Shown one piece after another: positions 1 to 14,822 of a stretch of DNA of 64,000 nucleotides. The translations under genes and the position numbers were made by a program. The DNA is from Antedon mediterranea (taxonomy: Eukaryota; Animalia; Echinodermata). The notes beneath the pieces are model-generated. The model worked only from the letters and a program-made list of their open reading frames with translations, had not been told where the DNA came from and did no database searches. Every line of letters begins with the position of its first letter. The first letter of the stretch is position 1. The stretch lies in assembly GCF_964355755.1 (NCBI RefSeq), contig NC_092670.1:22058795-22122794 (forward strand), read 5' to 3'.

Positions 1-790
1 AAACAATAAAGTTTCAAATTAAAAAATTGAATTGAAGTCACGTGAATGCTACTTACTGTACGCGAAATTCTTTAAAATTGATTTATAGTACTTATTATTA
101 TTATTATATTTTACTAAGTGTGAATATTGGTGAATAATGGCCACAGGGCTATATTTTGGTTTTTCTATACGGTAGCCCAAAGTGGTTAGCCCAGAGAAGT
201 TCTGAATTAAACTACATTACATTAAATTTACTTATTTATTTTGCATCAAAAATTCATAATAAACATCTGAATAACAATAATTTGAAACAAATGAAATGAA
301 AAACATCAAAAGAAAAGTAACATATTTATTATATACAAAAACATATTTACAGAATACGGTTAAAATTCATAACGCATATTATTATTATTTATAATTTAGA
401 CCGGACTTGGCCTCAGGAGAAAAAAGAAAGTGTAACACATCAAGTTTTATACAGACAATTACATACAAATACGTCACCATTCAGTGAGCATAAATGATAT
501 CATTTTTAGTGTTAGTGTGTAATATTGTATATTGAAAGAATTATAACATAATAGCTGTCTCAACTATAGAGGGCGACAAAGTCTTTTCTTCTTTTGTCAG
601 AATCAAAACATGAATGTGTAATTTTTTTCCAACGATTCTAATTAGAATTTTACATTCAAAACTTAATTTGCAGCCTATAGGTACTGTAATGTTTAGCTAG
701 AATTTTAAAAACTTAATTCAAAACCCAAATCCCTGATGTTTACTAGATATGTTACCTCTCAACGCTGACAATTGAACAGAAAGAACTCAC

Positions 791-3700
791 CTTGCTGCAT
801 CATATGGGGTCTTGCATATACAATATAATTTCACATTTGATTTCCTCCTAGCCTCTTTTTCCAGACTAGTCCCTTTAGAAGATGTTGGTTTCCCTTTATC
901 TGGTTTGCTTTCAGACTTGGTTGAGTCTGTTCGTTTCCGCTTAGGCGAAGTAGTCGGTGACTTTGGCGTAGTCACCAATATTTCATTGGTTACTTCTTGT
1001 TTGACATCCTGTGGCGGTGACTTGTAGATTGCCACCGGCACAGGGACAGGTGCTACTACTTCTTCTTGCTGTAGCTGCTGCTGCTGCTCAAGAAGTTGCT
1101 GCTGCTGTTTTTGTTGTTGCTGTTGTTTCCTCTTCCGAGCCATCTCCTTTTCTCGTCGTACTTCTGACTTGGATTCCTCCTACAATATAACACATTATTT
1201 TCTTTAAATCCACCATTTTTTTTTTCATTTTTGAGAGATGTTTGAGTCATGATCAAGCCCATCCTTAATTATCAAGCAATTTTCATGCAAAATGATCCAT
1301 AGAGCTATATTTTCTAAATTATTAAATTATTATTATTATTAGAAATTAATTTTATAGATATAGAACATACTTTTTTTTATAAGCTAAGGTTGTTCACTTG
1401 TAATCAACATCTCATCTTACAAGCATATTAAATGTCACAAATCTAACATATATCTGTTTTTTATTTTTAATTAGATATCTTAATTCCCCACTGAGGAATA
1501 AAACTAGATTTTACTTGTATGAAACCTCATTTATAATCAACAGTGTGGAACATTGTATGATGAGATACTAAAAATCTTATTGACTATCACATGTGAAATC
1601 CCAAATCTCATTAATGTACACAAGGGAGAAGCGAAAAATATGAGCAAGGTAAAAATGTTTAAACATTAAATTAGCTAACAGAAACACGGAATCACCATGT
1701 TATATCCGGTGAATCTCACTGGCACGTCAACATAAATATGTCCGCTTAATCTATGTTCATATATATATATATCTGTCGACGAGAACAGTCAAATATGACC
1801 CATGTGGACGTGGAAGTCGTGTGCACGTTCACTCAATATAAAGGCCTATTACTAGAAAGTTGACACAAAGTATCTCAGAGTTCTATGTCAACATTAATCT
1901 TAATGGGTCTTTCGCACCTACTTTGGCAGGGTCCCGGCAAATCAAATTTAAAGTATGGTGCGTCTTGAAACGCAACATTGACGTTCAATTTGATTTTGGA
2001 CCATATGGAAAGGACCCTTAATAGAGGGTGATAAAATAAACTGGGGTTTGAATCCATACTGGAAATAGCAAAGAGTGATGAGAATAAAAACATTTGTTGA
2101 TTTGTTTTGAGCTTAGCCAGAAAAATCTATTAAGCCTTCTATAGACTGGTGATTAACAAGCCTACTAATCTCAGCTCCTGTCACTACCTGGCATTTGTGC
2201 ATTGCAAACAGCAGCATTACCTCCTCACAATAAGCAAAATGCATTACTACCTATCATTCTATAAATGGAAATGTACTAGCTTTTGTATATATGCCAAAAC
2301 AGAGGGAGTACCTGTACATCATGTAACAGCTTTTGTTCCAGAAGATAACGTTTCCTTCGCATTTCATTCTTCAACTGGTCTTTGTGTTTGTAGAGGATTG
2401 AGCTAAGTTTGTGGGCCATTAGTCTAATCCTCTTCTCTTCTCGTTTTTCTTCACGTGTTTCATCCTGCCGTTTTCGTTTCAAATCCATTTTTTCGTTTCT
2501 TTCAATCTTGTCGAGCATTTGCTTTAACAGATTTCTACAAACAAGTTCCCTAAAGAAAATGAAATTGCAAAAACATCAATTAGTCACAATAAAAATCTTT
2601 AATTGGCCAAATGTTATTCCCTACCGACATAAATTTTCCTATACACTCAGTACAATCGAACCCACAACCTCGCTAGACTGGCGTTCATACATTTAGACCA
2701 TTAAGTTTGCGCTGTTTTGAACCAACAGTATGATAATATCTAACTACAGCAGTATTTTCCTGCCTTGGATCTTCAAAGTTCACTAAATACACAGCATATC
2801 AAAGTCTAAATTTTTGTCTGCACAATCAAACAAGTTTAACAAAAAAAGTGTGATGTGCCCAAATATTGTAGTGATATGTATGAAAATGTAAAAAAAAATA
2901 AAAAAATATGACATCATCATGTTCATATATGGGCACATCACATTTTTTTGTCACAAAAAGTTTGATAGATAGAGCTTTATACTGATTTGTGACTGGCATG
3001 CGCTTGCAGAAGATATGTGCCATGACCACATTGATGATGAATACTAAATGAATATTATCCAATACCTTGAATGTGCTGCTCTATCCTGCTGTGCTGCCAT
3101 TTTGCTTCTGCTTGCACCTCCTTTTCCTGGCAACCTCTTTGGATCCTGAATGATAATTGATGCCTGTTTATCCTGTGTTTGCATCGATGCTATCTGCTGC
3201 ATTTGTTCCATCTGTTTCTGTCGAAACACTTGAAGAAGACTAGCTTGTTGTTGTATTTGTTGCTGGTTTTGAATGATCTGTTGTTTCTGCTGTTGTGTCT
3301 GTTGCTGTTGTGCCTGCTGGTTGGATGTGGATGGAACGGCTTGCTGGAGAGCTGTTAAAGTGGTGTTGAGGTTGATTTGAGGCACCTGTGTTGTTGTGGT
3401 GGTAGTTGTTGTACTCGTTGACGCACCTAGCAAACAAAAAACTTCAATAATGACCTTTGAAGACTACAAATACAACAAATTATTGTTCTTGGTACATAAT
3501 TTATAACATAATACATAACTAAAACAGCATTGTTCTAACACTTTTTCGGGGGAGATTTATGGAAGCAGTTGATATTTTTTGTTTGCGTATACAATTATGA
3601 AGTTACATACATACACTCTGTACACATTTAGAAGTTACAATTAAGTTGTATAGAAAATTGCTTAACAATACCGCTTTCTATTTAGTTGGCCGTTATACTT

Positions 3701-6700
3701 TTACTTAACATACCCTATAAGTAAGCATTGTAGGACTTATAAGCAACAGTAGCAAATTTGCCTTTTCCACTAACCTGTAGCATTTGGTGTTAGCACCAGT
3801 CTTTGTACAGTTGTCCCTTGATTTGTTTGTGTTTGTATCAATTGTGCTGGAATCGTCTGACCTGTTGTCGGTACTGTCACAACAGCAGGGGTCACAATAA
3901 ACTTTTGACCTCCAACCTGAAGAACCTGTGCTTGGGATGCAAAGATCTGGGCCTGACCCATTACCTGCGATTGACCCGTTGATTGTGCCTGTGCGGCTGT
4001 GAGAGGAACTGGAACTTGTGCTCGAATTATTGTTGGTGTAGTTCCACTTGATTGACCTGGAAGGGTCAGCTTGATTTGACCCAGAGTTTGTGTAGCAGGT
4101 TGCGATGTTTGTGCTTGTTGACCCTGAGGTCGGATTGTAATACGCTGCAATGGTGATTGGTTCACAGTTTGAATTTTGACTCCTGGGGTACTTGGTAGAC
4201 GAGGTGTAATTGTTCTTAACCCACCTGTAAAAAATGAAAAATACTTTCAATTAAAAAGAATTAAGCATACTGTGTCCAACTCAGATAATCACAAAAAGTA
4301 ATTTGTGAAGTTTTTGTATGATGCTTTATTCTGAAGAACCACCAAATAGTATTGATAGAAATAAATAAAACAAAACTCACTTGAAATAACAACTTTCTGA
4401 GCAGCAGCATTCTTACTTAGTATCTTCGTTGCAGCTGCAGGAACTGGCAATTTAGCTCCGCTTGATTGATCTCCTAATGTCAATGTGTTAGCAAACTGGA
4501 TCTTACCACCAGACTTCATTGTGTTTTGTAAACGTTTCTAAATGTCAAAATAAATATATATGAGAATATTATGTAATAGTACCAAAAAAACTTTTTTCAA
4601 CCTAGCCTAAAGGTTATTTGAATGCCTACCATCTATTTAAATTGCACTTCAGCTAATAATTGCTTTTAGTATTGGGGATTTGTGGCATTAGGATGTAGTG
4701 GAACTGTAGTTTAGTGGTTAAAATGATTGCCTTCCACTCCCAAGTGTCAGGGTTAAATTCTTTTCTAGTTCTATGGTTCTCCACTCCCAAAAGTATGATA
4801 TACTAATAGCTTATAAATCCTAAAATTGTCTAGTTACGAACTGATTCTCAGTGCATACTATCTATTTCCAAGGTACCAGGAATATTTCATATCACATGTG
4901 GTACCTGTATTATGTAAGGTGAGGTTAAAGGTCAGTTTACTACTACATACATTTGAAACAAATGTGATGTTGTATTAACAAATATTCCTATGATACTTTG
5001 GAAATAGATACAGTACCGAGAATGGGCTGGTGGATGCATGTGTGTATGAAATACTTACCTGTTGCATGGCTTGTCTTTGTGATTTCAACTGTTGTTCTAA
5101 CTGTTCTTGAATAGCCTGAGCAGATTTGTTAATCTGTGCATCTTGCTGCTGCTTTGCCTTCTGTTTCTCCTTCAATATCTCCTGTTGCTTAGCTTGCAAT
5201 TGGGCTGCTATTTCTTTATCCATTCTGTAAGCAAAATTGTTTGCAATTAAAATTCCATATATCTGAGTTCTGGAGCACATACTTAAAAGTAACTTTATTG
5301 CCCTTTTGAAAAAGAAAGCTCAAATCAAACACAAAGAAAGTTACCTGTCACTGAATTCTTGTATCTCCCATAATTCCAAGCTTTCTTCGGTGACCCAACG
5401 TTCAGTCACAAGAGGGCCTTTTGGTTTTTCATCCTCGGTAGCTTTGACAGGAGCTGAGCTTGACCTTAGACCTGATCGCTGTGGCTTATGATATTCTACA
5501 AAATGAAAGAACCGAATGTGTGTTAAAATTTTAGGTTCTGCAAACTGGTGCTGCAAACTCAATACAAACCATGATTACAAACATTCTAAAAATGTGGTCA
5601 GTTTGATAAGAGAAATCTCAAATTAAATTTCAAAGGTATGAATCATAATTAAAGTATAATAGAGAAATCTGAAATTTTCTTGTCTACCCCAACTTATACA
5701 ATTGTGTGTTCAATGGGTAGGAGTTATACAATGGTATGTACAACTTTAGTAAATGCTAACAATCAGTTTAAAAAAGCATTCACCTTTTGGCAAGTCTTCC
5801 ACAATGGGTGTGTATGTCTTCCGAAGCAGGTACTCTGTCCTCTCACCATTATGACCAATTTCACGTTTCTTCAAAATTTCCGTCTGAATAGTTTCAGTTT
5901 CTGTCAATTCATGATGATTTCCAATTTTACCGAGATCCTCCCAACGTAGGGAAGCCCATAGAATCCGCAGCGACACACCAACAGAAGCCAGCGAGTTCAA
6001 GGTCTGTACTCTGTATCGCCAACAGGTCTTAAAAGATGGCCTTGGACATGGGTATGGCCAGTGGTATTGCCGTACAGCTTTTGTATTGTATATAAATCCT
6101 TCTACATCAAGCCTACCTGCATGACGTGCTAATCTTTTTAGCAAATGAGGAGGAAGAATAAGTATACTCTTTCGGTTACTTTTAGTTGAAAATTTGCGGC
6201 ATATTGGTAATGGGTTATTTACGACTTTCTTCACAGTTTTCTTTGTTTTTGTGTATTTAGTTAAGGAGGTAGTTTGGTAAGTATGGTACTCAATTGGCGG
6301 TGAGACTGGAACAATTAATGTTTCACTCAGTTTTTTTGACAAGGCCTTTAGCGTTTCCTGTGTATATTTTCTTTTGAAATTTTGTGAAGATGTATCGGTA
6401 ACTGTTGTCTTTTTCTCTGTTGTTGTTGTCGTGACTGTGGTAACTTTAGTTGATGATTCGCTTAAAGTGGTTGTTTTAACAGTTACTGAATTTGTTACAA
6501 TAGTTTCAGTTTTTGTGACAGTTTGTTCTTTTACAACATTATCCACTAAACTAGATGATTTTGACTCATTTGCTGCCACGACCGACAAAGCTGATAAGGC
6601 ATTTGAAGCATTTACAGAGAAACCTATTGGATTGGTTGATGGTAAGGATGAAGCTGTTGTTTGGGGAGAGCTTTGATGGCCAATTTCTGATTGTGAAGAC

Positions 6701-9700
6701 TGTGGAGTAGATTTACTGGGAATAGTTGAGCCGTTTGACTTTGTTTCTTCACTTGAAAGATGTTCACTGGTGCTACTCGGAGGACCCATTGGCACATTTT
6801 CTTCTGCAGGAGAGGTTTTTTCAATAGTGCTACTTGAAATAGATGGTATGTTAGACTCGTGATTAGGTTTAGAGATCTCTTGGCTGGTGTTATCGGAATG
6901 AGCTGGTATGACTAACTGTGTTACAGGTAGAGAAGGATCCACAATAGAGTCAGCTGGTAGTGCCTGTGTAATAGGCTCTAACTTTGCTTCAGAGATTGGT
7001 GTTGCAGATTTTTGCAAAACATCATCTGTTGTGTTGAAAGATGTCAGTGAATTTTGGGATATGTCTTGAATTGACAATACGACATTCTTTATTTTATCTT
7101 GACCTGCTGAAGTTTTTGATAAATCTGCTACTGGTTCAAATGATTCTTGGCCAGTTATGGAATGGGTTGAAAGTGTGTTACCTTTATTTACTAATGCAAG
7201 ATCATCGGCACAATTCATTATGTCAGTCTTTTCTGCGACATCCTTATTTTGGATGTGTACTTCAGTTTCTTTTTTTGAAACAACTAGTTGTTCAACCTGG
7301 TCATCAACATGAGCCAATTTGTCTGTTGGTATATGCATATCTGAAGCATTAATCAAATTGTCTTTTATATGGCTATTTTCATCAACATTTTCAATTGCAT
7401 TGTGTTCTGCAGTTTTACATTCAGACAATGGTGTAATGTTATTTTTAAGTTCTGAACAAATTTCTTTCTTTTCATAATTAACAGGAATGGTATCCAAATC
7501 ATTAAGGAATTTATTAGTTTCATGTATGTCTAATAAGTTAGTCTTTTCATTTGTTACCTCATTTGCATTTGATATTTGAGAATTTTGATCACTAGTGGAT
7601 ACGTTTTCAGAAAAATTTTTATCAATAGACTCATCACTCAAAGAGTTGGTATTTTGAAATATATTTTCCATTGTTGCAATGTCAGAACTACAGATGTTTG
7701 GACTGCTTTCAAATGTGGTACTTGAATCAATTGATTGTTGATTAGAAGTGTCAATTGTATTGTCTTCACTTTCTCCAGTTTTGTCTGTATCAAAGTTCTG
7801 AAGAGGCAAGTTCATTGAAAATTCTTCAAGGTCCTTATTTGTCTCTGTGCCTGTTTCTACATCCTGTTGAGGCAAGTCAGAAATACTGTTTTCAAATCCT
7901 TCTGTATCTAAGAAGTCAAGTGGCATGTCATTTACACTGGGTTCTACCAAGTCTTGAAAAGACATATCCATCATATTGTTGTCAAAATCTTCTATTGGTT
8001 TTGAGTCTATGTTCTGATTAGCTATATCCACTTTGGTGTTTTCCAATTCATCAGTTGCTTTTGTTGTATCAGATTCAAAATCTTCAAGAGGTATACCCAT
8101 TTGAACATCTTCACTCTCTGCTTCTGTATTCAAATCTCCAGACAGAAAACCCATTGAACTGCTTTCAGTCTCTACAACAGTATCTTCTGCTTCCGTGGCT
8201 ATGTTATGGAGAGGCTTATCATTTAAACTGCCTTCAGTTGTTTCTGTTTCTATAGACTCTGTTTTTTCTTTTACACAGGATTCAATATGTTCTGTTACAT
8301 CCATCGCTTCTGTACTTAATTCATTAAGAGAGATGTCATTTCCACTTTTAACTAACTCTTCAGTAGCATTTTCTACTTCCATATTTGAATTGTCCTCTAC
8401 ACTTTCCATCTTTTCAGTTTTTTCTGTACACAAATTCTGCTTAAGGATCTCTTTTGCAGGTACTTCAACTCTGTCAATCCCATCATTCACCTCTTTGCTT
8501 ACATTTTCTTCCTTAGTTTCTTCTTGATGAATTATTTGTTCCGGTGTGACTTCACATGTAGGTTGTGTAACAGATTCGGCTGAAACTTTATCTGAATGAT
8601 CATCGTTGGACTGAATTAATGGTTGTATACTATTAGTATCCTCAGGTTTTTGAGACTCTGGTTCTGATAAACTATTGTCTATTGGTGTATTTTGATCTTT
8701 AGTAACAATGTCACCAGTTTCTTCATTTTCAAGTGGCACTACAGTGCTTGATATACTGTTGTGAAGTTCTTGGTTTTGACTAACTGAACTTCCCGTTTTA
8801 ACTGTCGGCAAAATCACATCTTTAACTTCCATTGCAGATATTTTTGGATCTTCTTTTGATAGCAATTCTTTCTTTTCTGGCAAAGCTGGTGTTAATTTAT
8901 CTTGAGTAACTGTTTGTAGACTATTAACATATGCTGCTTGGAAAGATGTTGACTCAGATTTAGTACTTATACCACTGACGTCCGTTTTACCGGGTAAAAT
9001 ATTGTTTGAATCTACTGAGGTTCTTTGATTGATTAGAGTACTTGGTGGCATGGTTTTAAATTCAGCTTTTATATCTGAAGCAGGCAAAGTCTTCAGTGAT
9101 GTCAGGTTTCCTAAGATTTCTGAAGATTGACTGATAGGTAGAGTCTTAAACTGTGCTTGCATTTCTCCAGTAATGACTGGTTTTTTGACAATGGCCTTGA
9201 TACTGGAAAGTTGAACAGTTTCTTCTGCCTTACGAATGATGGATTCAAAATCATCGTTCTTAATGGCAGTTTCTCCATCATTTATCAAATTTTGCAATTG
9301 GGTTCTTTCTGCAAGAGCTCTTTTATAGATGCTGTACTTTCTTAAATCAGCTTCATAAGCCTCATTTTCAAGTGCGTGTTGCTTCTCCCGATGTTCTAAC
9401 AAACCTTCGAGTTTGGATCTATAAGAAATCTTTTTGTACACAGAATGTTCTCTCATTGCCTGGCCAATATCAAGCTCATCAAACCGCATGTTGGTAAACT
9501 TGTCATTTTTAAATTTCTTAAGAACCTTTTTAGGTAAATCACTTTTAACATCAGGTTTGTTTTCTACTTTCTCAGAGGCTACTTCAGTTGAAGACTTGCT
9601 TGGTTCTGCTGCATCTTGAGTTTCCATTTTTTCAATTTTATTAGGTAACTTCTCTTCAACATTTCCGACTTCCTTGTCTACCACCAGCTGATGTTCTTCT

Positions 9701-12700
9701 TCACATGTTTCTTCCATTTCAGTTATTTCCATTTCTTCCAAGCCTTCATCATTTAATGCATGCATTCCAGATATTGTTCGCTTTTTGCATTCAATTACTT
9801 TACCAAGGTCACGAATTTCCAGTGGGCTTTGTCTGTGGTCTGGTAAATACAAAGTGCCATCTAAAAAAAAGAATTACAATCACAATCATAACTTTGAATC
9901 CAAATCTTGTGTCAAAATAATCTTTTTACAGGTTATGCATTTGATTCCCAATATAATCTTTGTGAATTATTTTAGGATTAAAAATGGGCTGTCTCTCACA
10001 CACTTTGGCAATATTTATAGTTTGATGGGGAAGGAGAGATTATATCCAGAGACCATACACTTTCTGAAATCAACTCTAATAATGACAGACCAAGTACTAT
10101 ATGGTATACATTACTTTAAAATATTAAATCTTAATGCTGACTAATAAATATATTAAATAACTTACTGGCTTTGGCTCTTGCAATGCTGTTTCTAAGACAC
10201 TGAAGAGCAGGACTTCTATTTGGTAACGGACGACTATGTCTGGTTGAGCTCACCCAATGCCATCCTTTTCCTCCCACTGCTCTGTATTCTTCACCTTTTT
10301 GTTTCCATAACTTAAAAAAAAAGAAATTATGTGATTTTTACCTTCAGTATTATATATAAAAAGCATATATTGCCAAGCTAAATTATGGTGGAATTTGGAA
10401 TTGAAAAACACCACCACTTTCATATATCAACAGATGTGTATCTGTGATGGAGTTCTGTGCAATGCAAGACATCATCTGATTTGGTACAGTAGGTCTTGGG
10501 AATATATTACATTGGAGATGACCCGATACTTTAATATGGCTCAAAAATAAATTTTTCAGAAACCAACCTGATGTAATAAGTAGGAAATGAATAACACATA
10601 AAAACAAATTAAAGAAAAAATGAATAATAAAAAACCAACCTGATGTTTAATAGGAAATGAATATTTCACCCAATAACCCAATTTCTGAGAGTCTTCCTCT
10701 TCATCCTTTCGTTTCTTTTCGTGCTTTTTCTTTTCATCTCTCTCCATAACTGTCATCCGTTTCATTTTGCTGTGTCCAAGACCATCATTCCAAACCACAC
10801 TAAAAAACACAGGTTTGATGGCACATTCTAGGATTGACAACGCAAGACAGAACTCTTTAGGTTTTGAGCAGAGATTAATTGCCTTAAGCCAGTTGTTACG
10901 ATGTGTCTGCCAATTATGATGCAAGAAACATTTAGGAATATTCCTTTCTAAGTTTGAGAGAGTCATTCTATGCGTCGATACCAGTATTGCTCTCTGACCA
11001 TATACTGCACCCATCCAGTCAAATTTATATCTTGCGGACAAAGAGAATTTGTATGAAAGGTAACGCCGTTTATCTCTATCTTCTGCATGTTGTGGTTTAT
11101 TTAGAGCAAGACGGTTTATAGTAAACTGATTTTTATACAACTTATAGGTTCCTTCAAGACCCAGTTTGAATAGTTTTTCTGAAGACCGTGTAACTGGTCC
11201 ATTTGACTTCTTATTTTCAATTTTCTTTATCTCCCCTTTAGAATTGATAACCAGCACAGCGTTATCATCTTTGTTTATTTTTGTGTTAGTAGTAGGTGCT
11301 TGGGTTACAGATTTGGTCACTTTAGGGATGTTTGTTGAATATGTCACAAATGGAGTAGCTTTAGGAGGTGGAGGTTTATAATTTGGGTTCCTGGAACGCG
11401 TCATAATGGCATTTTTCTTTGCAGTTGCTTCATCAGTATCTTTCGAACTATCTTTAATTGTATAGGTACTCTGTGAACCATCAATGTTCATAATAACAAT
11501 TGTTCTATTCTTGATAACATCTTCCTTTGATTCTGTTTCATCTACTTTTTCAGAACCTTCTTCTGACAAATTTTCATTTGTTTCTGGTGCAATTTCAGAA
11601 GAAGCTTCCACTTTTGAAGATGCAATTGCTTCAGTATTGCTTCCTTCCACACTTTTAGTAGTAACAGTTGTTGCCATATTCTCAGTGGGCAGAGATGTTA
11701 AGGTTGACGTCTCAGTGGGGAGAGATGTTGAGGTTGACGTCTCAGTGGGCACAGATGTTGAGGTTGACGTCTCAGGGGATGTTGTTGTTGCTATTTCAGT
11801 GGACACAGTGGTTGTTGTTGTTGATGTTGCCTGTGTTATGTTACTTGTTTGTGTAATAGTTTCAGTTACCATGGCTTCATCTGAAGTTTGTTGTAATTCT
11901 TGACATGTTGCTTCTTTTGTTTCAACAGTAGTCATAGTTGTTGTGGTTGTCGTGACAACCTCTTGTGTTTCCATTTTCTCAACATTTACTTCAGACACTA
12001 GTTCTCCTTTTTCTTCAATTGTGTCATCTTGTTTACCTTCAACAACATTGAGTTCTCCAGACTGTTCATTTAAAACTGTATGTACTTGTTCTTGTTGCAT
12101 GGAAGGTGGATCTACCCCTTCTGTCGGTTGGTCATCTTTAACTTCTGGTAAATCTTTTATTTTTTCTATTTCTGCTTCCTTCAATTTTTCTTCCTCACGC
12201 TTTCTTTCCTCTTCAGCTAGTCTCTCCTCTTCAATTGCTACAATTTTAGCTGGACAAAAAAATTGTATCAAATTAGAAATAAAGAAAACCACTCTCGGTC
12301 GCAACAGTTTTAATTAAATAGAATAAAAATTAATATAATATAAGTGTTTGAAAGTATTGTAAACATTGTACTAACATAATATACATACATACATAGTATT
12401 GTACCGTAGTGATTAACACACTTTGTCATTACCAAATATCACTATGTGATATGTAACTACAGTACCTCATACAAAGAAAACATTTGATGAAATTACTTTC
12501 ACATTCAGAATAACTGTATTTTAGTTTAGAATGTAAGGGCTTTGTTGATGACCTACCATTTGATTCATCCAGATATGACCTAAGGGTCCCTCTTGCTTTA
12601 TTAGTAAGTTCTTCAGTGATCTTCACATGGTCCAAAATCTCTGGCATACAATCGGTCAACACTGTACAAAGACTTGATTCATACTCATATGGGTTCAGAT

Positions 12701-14822
12701 GACGCAGTAAATCCTCAATTTGAATCTTACTACTGTAGTACCAGCAATCATTTTCTGATTCCCTATTGGAAAGAATGAAAAAAAATGTTTTTGTTTTGAA
12801 AAATTATAAACAGTGTGTGTTGTGATACACACTCTCATCAGGTGGTCACATGTAAAGATAATTTTCAGTCTAATGCAGTGACAGATCCGGGTTTTGAAAT
12901 ACGAACCCAGACTTAAAAAAATAATAACTGAAGTACAGAGTACCATAACAAAATTTATAATTTTATTGTGAAATTAAAGGTCCCTGATTAAGTTCATTCG
13001 TCACCAACCTATGAGGATATATCTACTGTATCATGTATTCTGTATGTTTCAAAAGTCAAGGAAAGACAAAAATAAAATGCTAAAATATATATTAATGACA
13101 AGGAAGTGATATCTCTGGAACACAGCCAAGGTTAAATGTTTTACACAGAATATTAAAATCAAATTAATATACTTCGAAAAAAGTATCTTATAGTATATTT
13201 GTTTGTAATCTGTTGGATTTTTAAATACAGTACCTAATGGACATAATTTTGTATTTAATGTATTGTACTCAATACATAGTAATATGCTGTTTACAGTAAT
13301 CTGTAAAATGTACAGTAAAACAGCATCAAAACTTAAAGCAAAAAATTCTTTTTAACTAAAAAAAAAACAGTATTAAATAATAATATACTGGTAAAATAAA
13401 TTTCTTAAAAAAAAAAAAAATGTAGGTATACCAGGGAGTTGTAAAGGGTATACTTTCAGTTAATGCAATTTTTTTTTCTTTTCTGTTAACATGTACTGTA
13501 GTCTACTGTACAGTTACTTACACAAAGAGTCTTCTACAAAGAAAAAAGTATTTTCTTCCATGGCGATCAAATCCAAGAGGTTCTTGACGTATAAGCATCC
13601 CACTCTTTTCAACTTCTGATATGCAGTCATAGACTCCTGGAACTTTGTGAGCTATGCAAACTTCACATAGCCAATCCTCATCTGGTACTTCAGTCATGTT
13701 TGGGTCTACACACTGTAAATGATATACAGCGGAACAAGTCTCACAGCATATCAGATCACCAAGTCTATGGCATGACCGACAATGATCGTCGTACGATATA
13801 GCTCCCTCACTAACAATTTCTTCGCGAACTTTATTTGTTGCCAAAAACTGATCGGTAAGAAACTTTAGAACTTTTATTTTATCTTTTGGTTGTTGAAAAG
13901 GGTACACATCTGTGAAAGAGTTTAGGATTGAAGTAAACTCTGGGTCGCATTCGACATAGCTGCGTACAAGTTCTGGCCATGTCACCGGATCAAGGAAGTG
14001 AAACTGGACATTTATACTGTCCTTTACATCTTGCGGCCCAAAAGTGGTACCATTTGCCTCCTCCTCTTTCATAAGGTTCTTTAGAAGTGCAATGTGCGTT
14101 TCCGCTAGAAGAATGCATTGTTCTTCACTTGCAATAGCTGCACAAAAATCTTCAAGCCGAAATGGTGATAAGCGAAGCTGTTGGAAAAAATGGCGTAATA
14201 CCTCATAAACAGACAATGCGTCGAGAATGAGTTCACGAGGAAGGATGAGATCGTCCGATGATTCTGGCAAAACTAACGGTTTTATATTCTTATTTAACCA
14301 ATAAATTGGGGACACAGGTCTAGAATGTCGAATATATTTTCGCTTTACAGATGATGGAGAACTAGCACCGGAGGTCACACTGCTTTCATCCCATATTTCG
14401 CTCTGAGCATCAGAGTCTGATTTATTATCTGAAAGCAACCCACCGGAATCTGTATCACTATCCAGAGGTAAAAGATCTTCAAATTTTTCATCTTCACTTT
14501 CATCATCATAAACAATTTTGGATTTACTTTTGGATGATTTGCTTTTTCCTTTTTTCTTTGTTTTACCCTTCTTTTTACTTTGAGATTCTGTTACTACTTT
14601 ATGAATAAGTTCTTTAGTTTTTCTTGCAGCAACTCGCCTACTTTCTCGCCGGTCAGCACCCCGTTGGCTAGCACTAGAAGGTCCAATTGGTGTGCTGCAT
14701 CTAGAGCTTTCACTCGGGCTTGGGCTTCTACTGCCTGCTTGTGTTTTGGAGCGCTTACTTGTCGGTGTCGCGTCTCGCGAGCCAATTGAAAGTTTTGATC
14801 CTCTCGGACGTCCTCGCTTCAT
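791..14822 (-). CDS. BPTF: Nucleosome-remodelling factor subunit BPTF/NURF301, 3'-partial (continues beyond the window start)
   Basis: Exons inferred by GT-AG and frame: 13522-14822, 12557-12762, 10640-12249, 10166-10310, 5784-9860, 5345-5495, 5059-5224, 4381-4537, 3775-4224, 3066-3426, 2312-2534, 791-1179. Motifs: N-terminal AT-hook (KRGRPR), DDT domain (LSVYEVLRHF...LRLSPFRLEDFCAA), PHD (CRSCHRLGDLICCETCSAVYHLQC), WHIM/WSD-type motifs (EPLGFDRHGRKY, LWKQKGEEYR, WPYPCPRP), a Q-rich region, and the start of a C-terminal PHD (KLYCICKTPYD). Confidence 0.96.
4695..4790 (+). mobile_element. Degenerate tRNA-derived SINE-like repeat (copy 1)
   Basis: GTAGTGGAACTGTAGTTTAGTGGTT...TTGCCTTC...CTCCACTCCC resembles 25540-25640 (+) and about 36700-36780 (-). 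The 5' part is A-box-like. Confidence 0.5.
11681..11778. repeat. Coding minisatellite, 30-nt unit x about 3.3, inside a BPTF exon
   Basis: CTCAGTGGG(C/G)A(G/C)AGATGTT(A/G)AGGTTGACGT starts at 11681, 11711 and 11741, with a partial unit at 11771. It encodes (TSTSTSLPTE)-like repeats. Confidence 0.9.

Noticed and set aside
4695-4790. Possible tRNA gene (also 25540 and 36700)
   Set aside because: No complete cloverleaf can be drawn, and the copies share a non-tRNA tail, as expected for a SINE.
6374-12317. Many + strand hydrophobic ORFs (e.g. 6374-6676, 8195-8527, 11484-11903)
   Set aside because: They are antisense shadows of the long BPTF exons, with no independent motifs.
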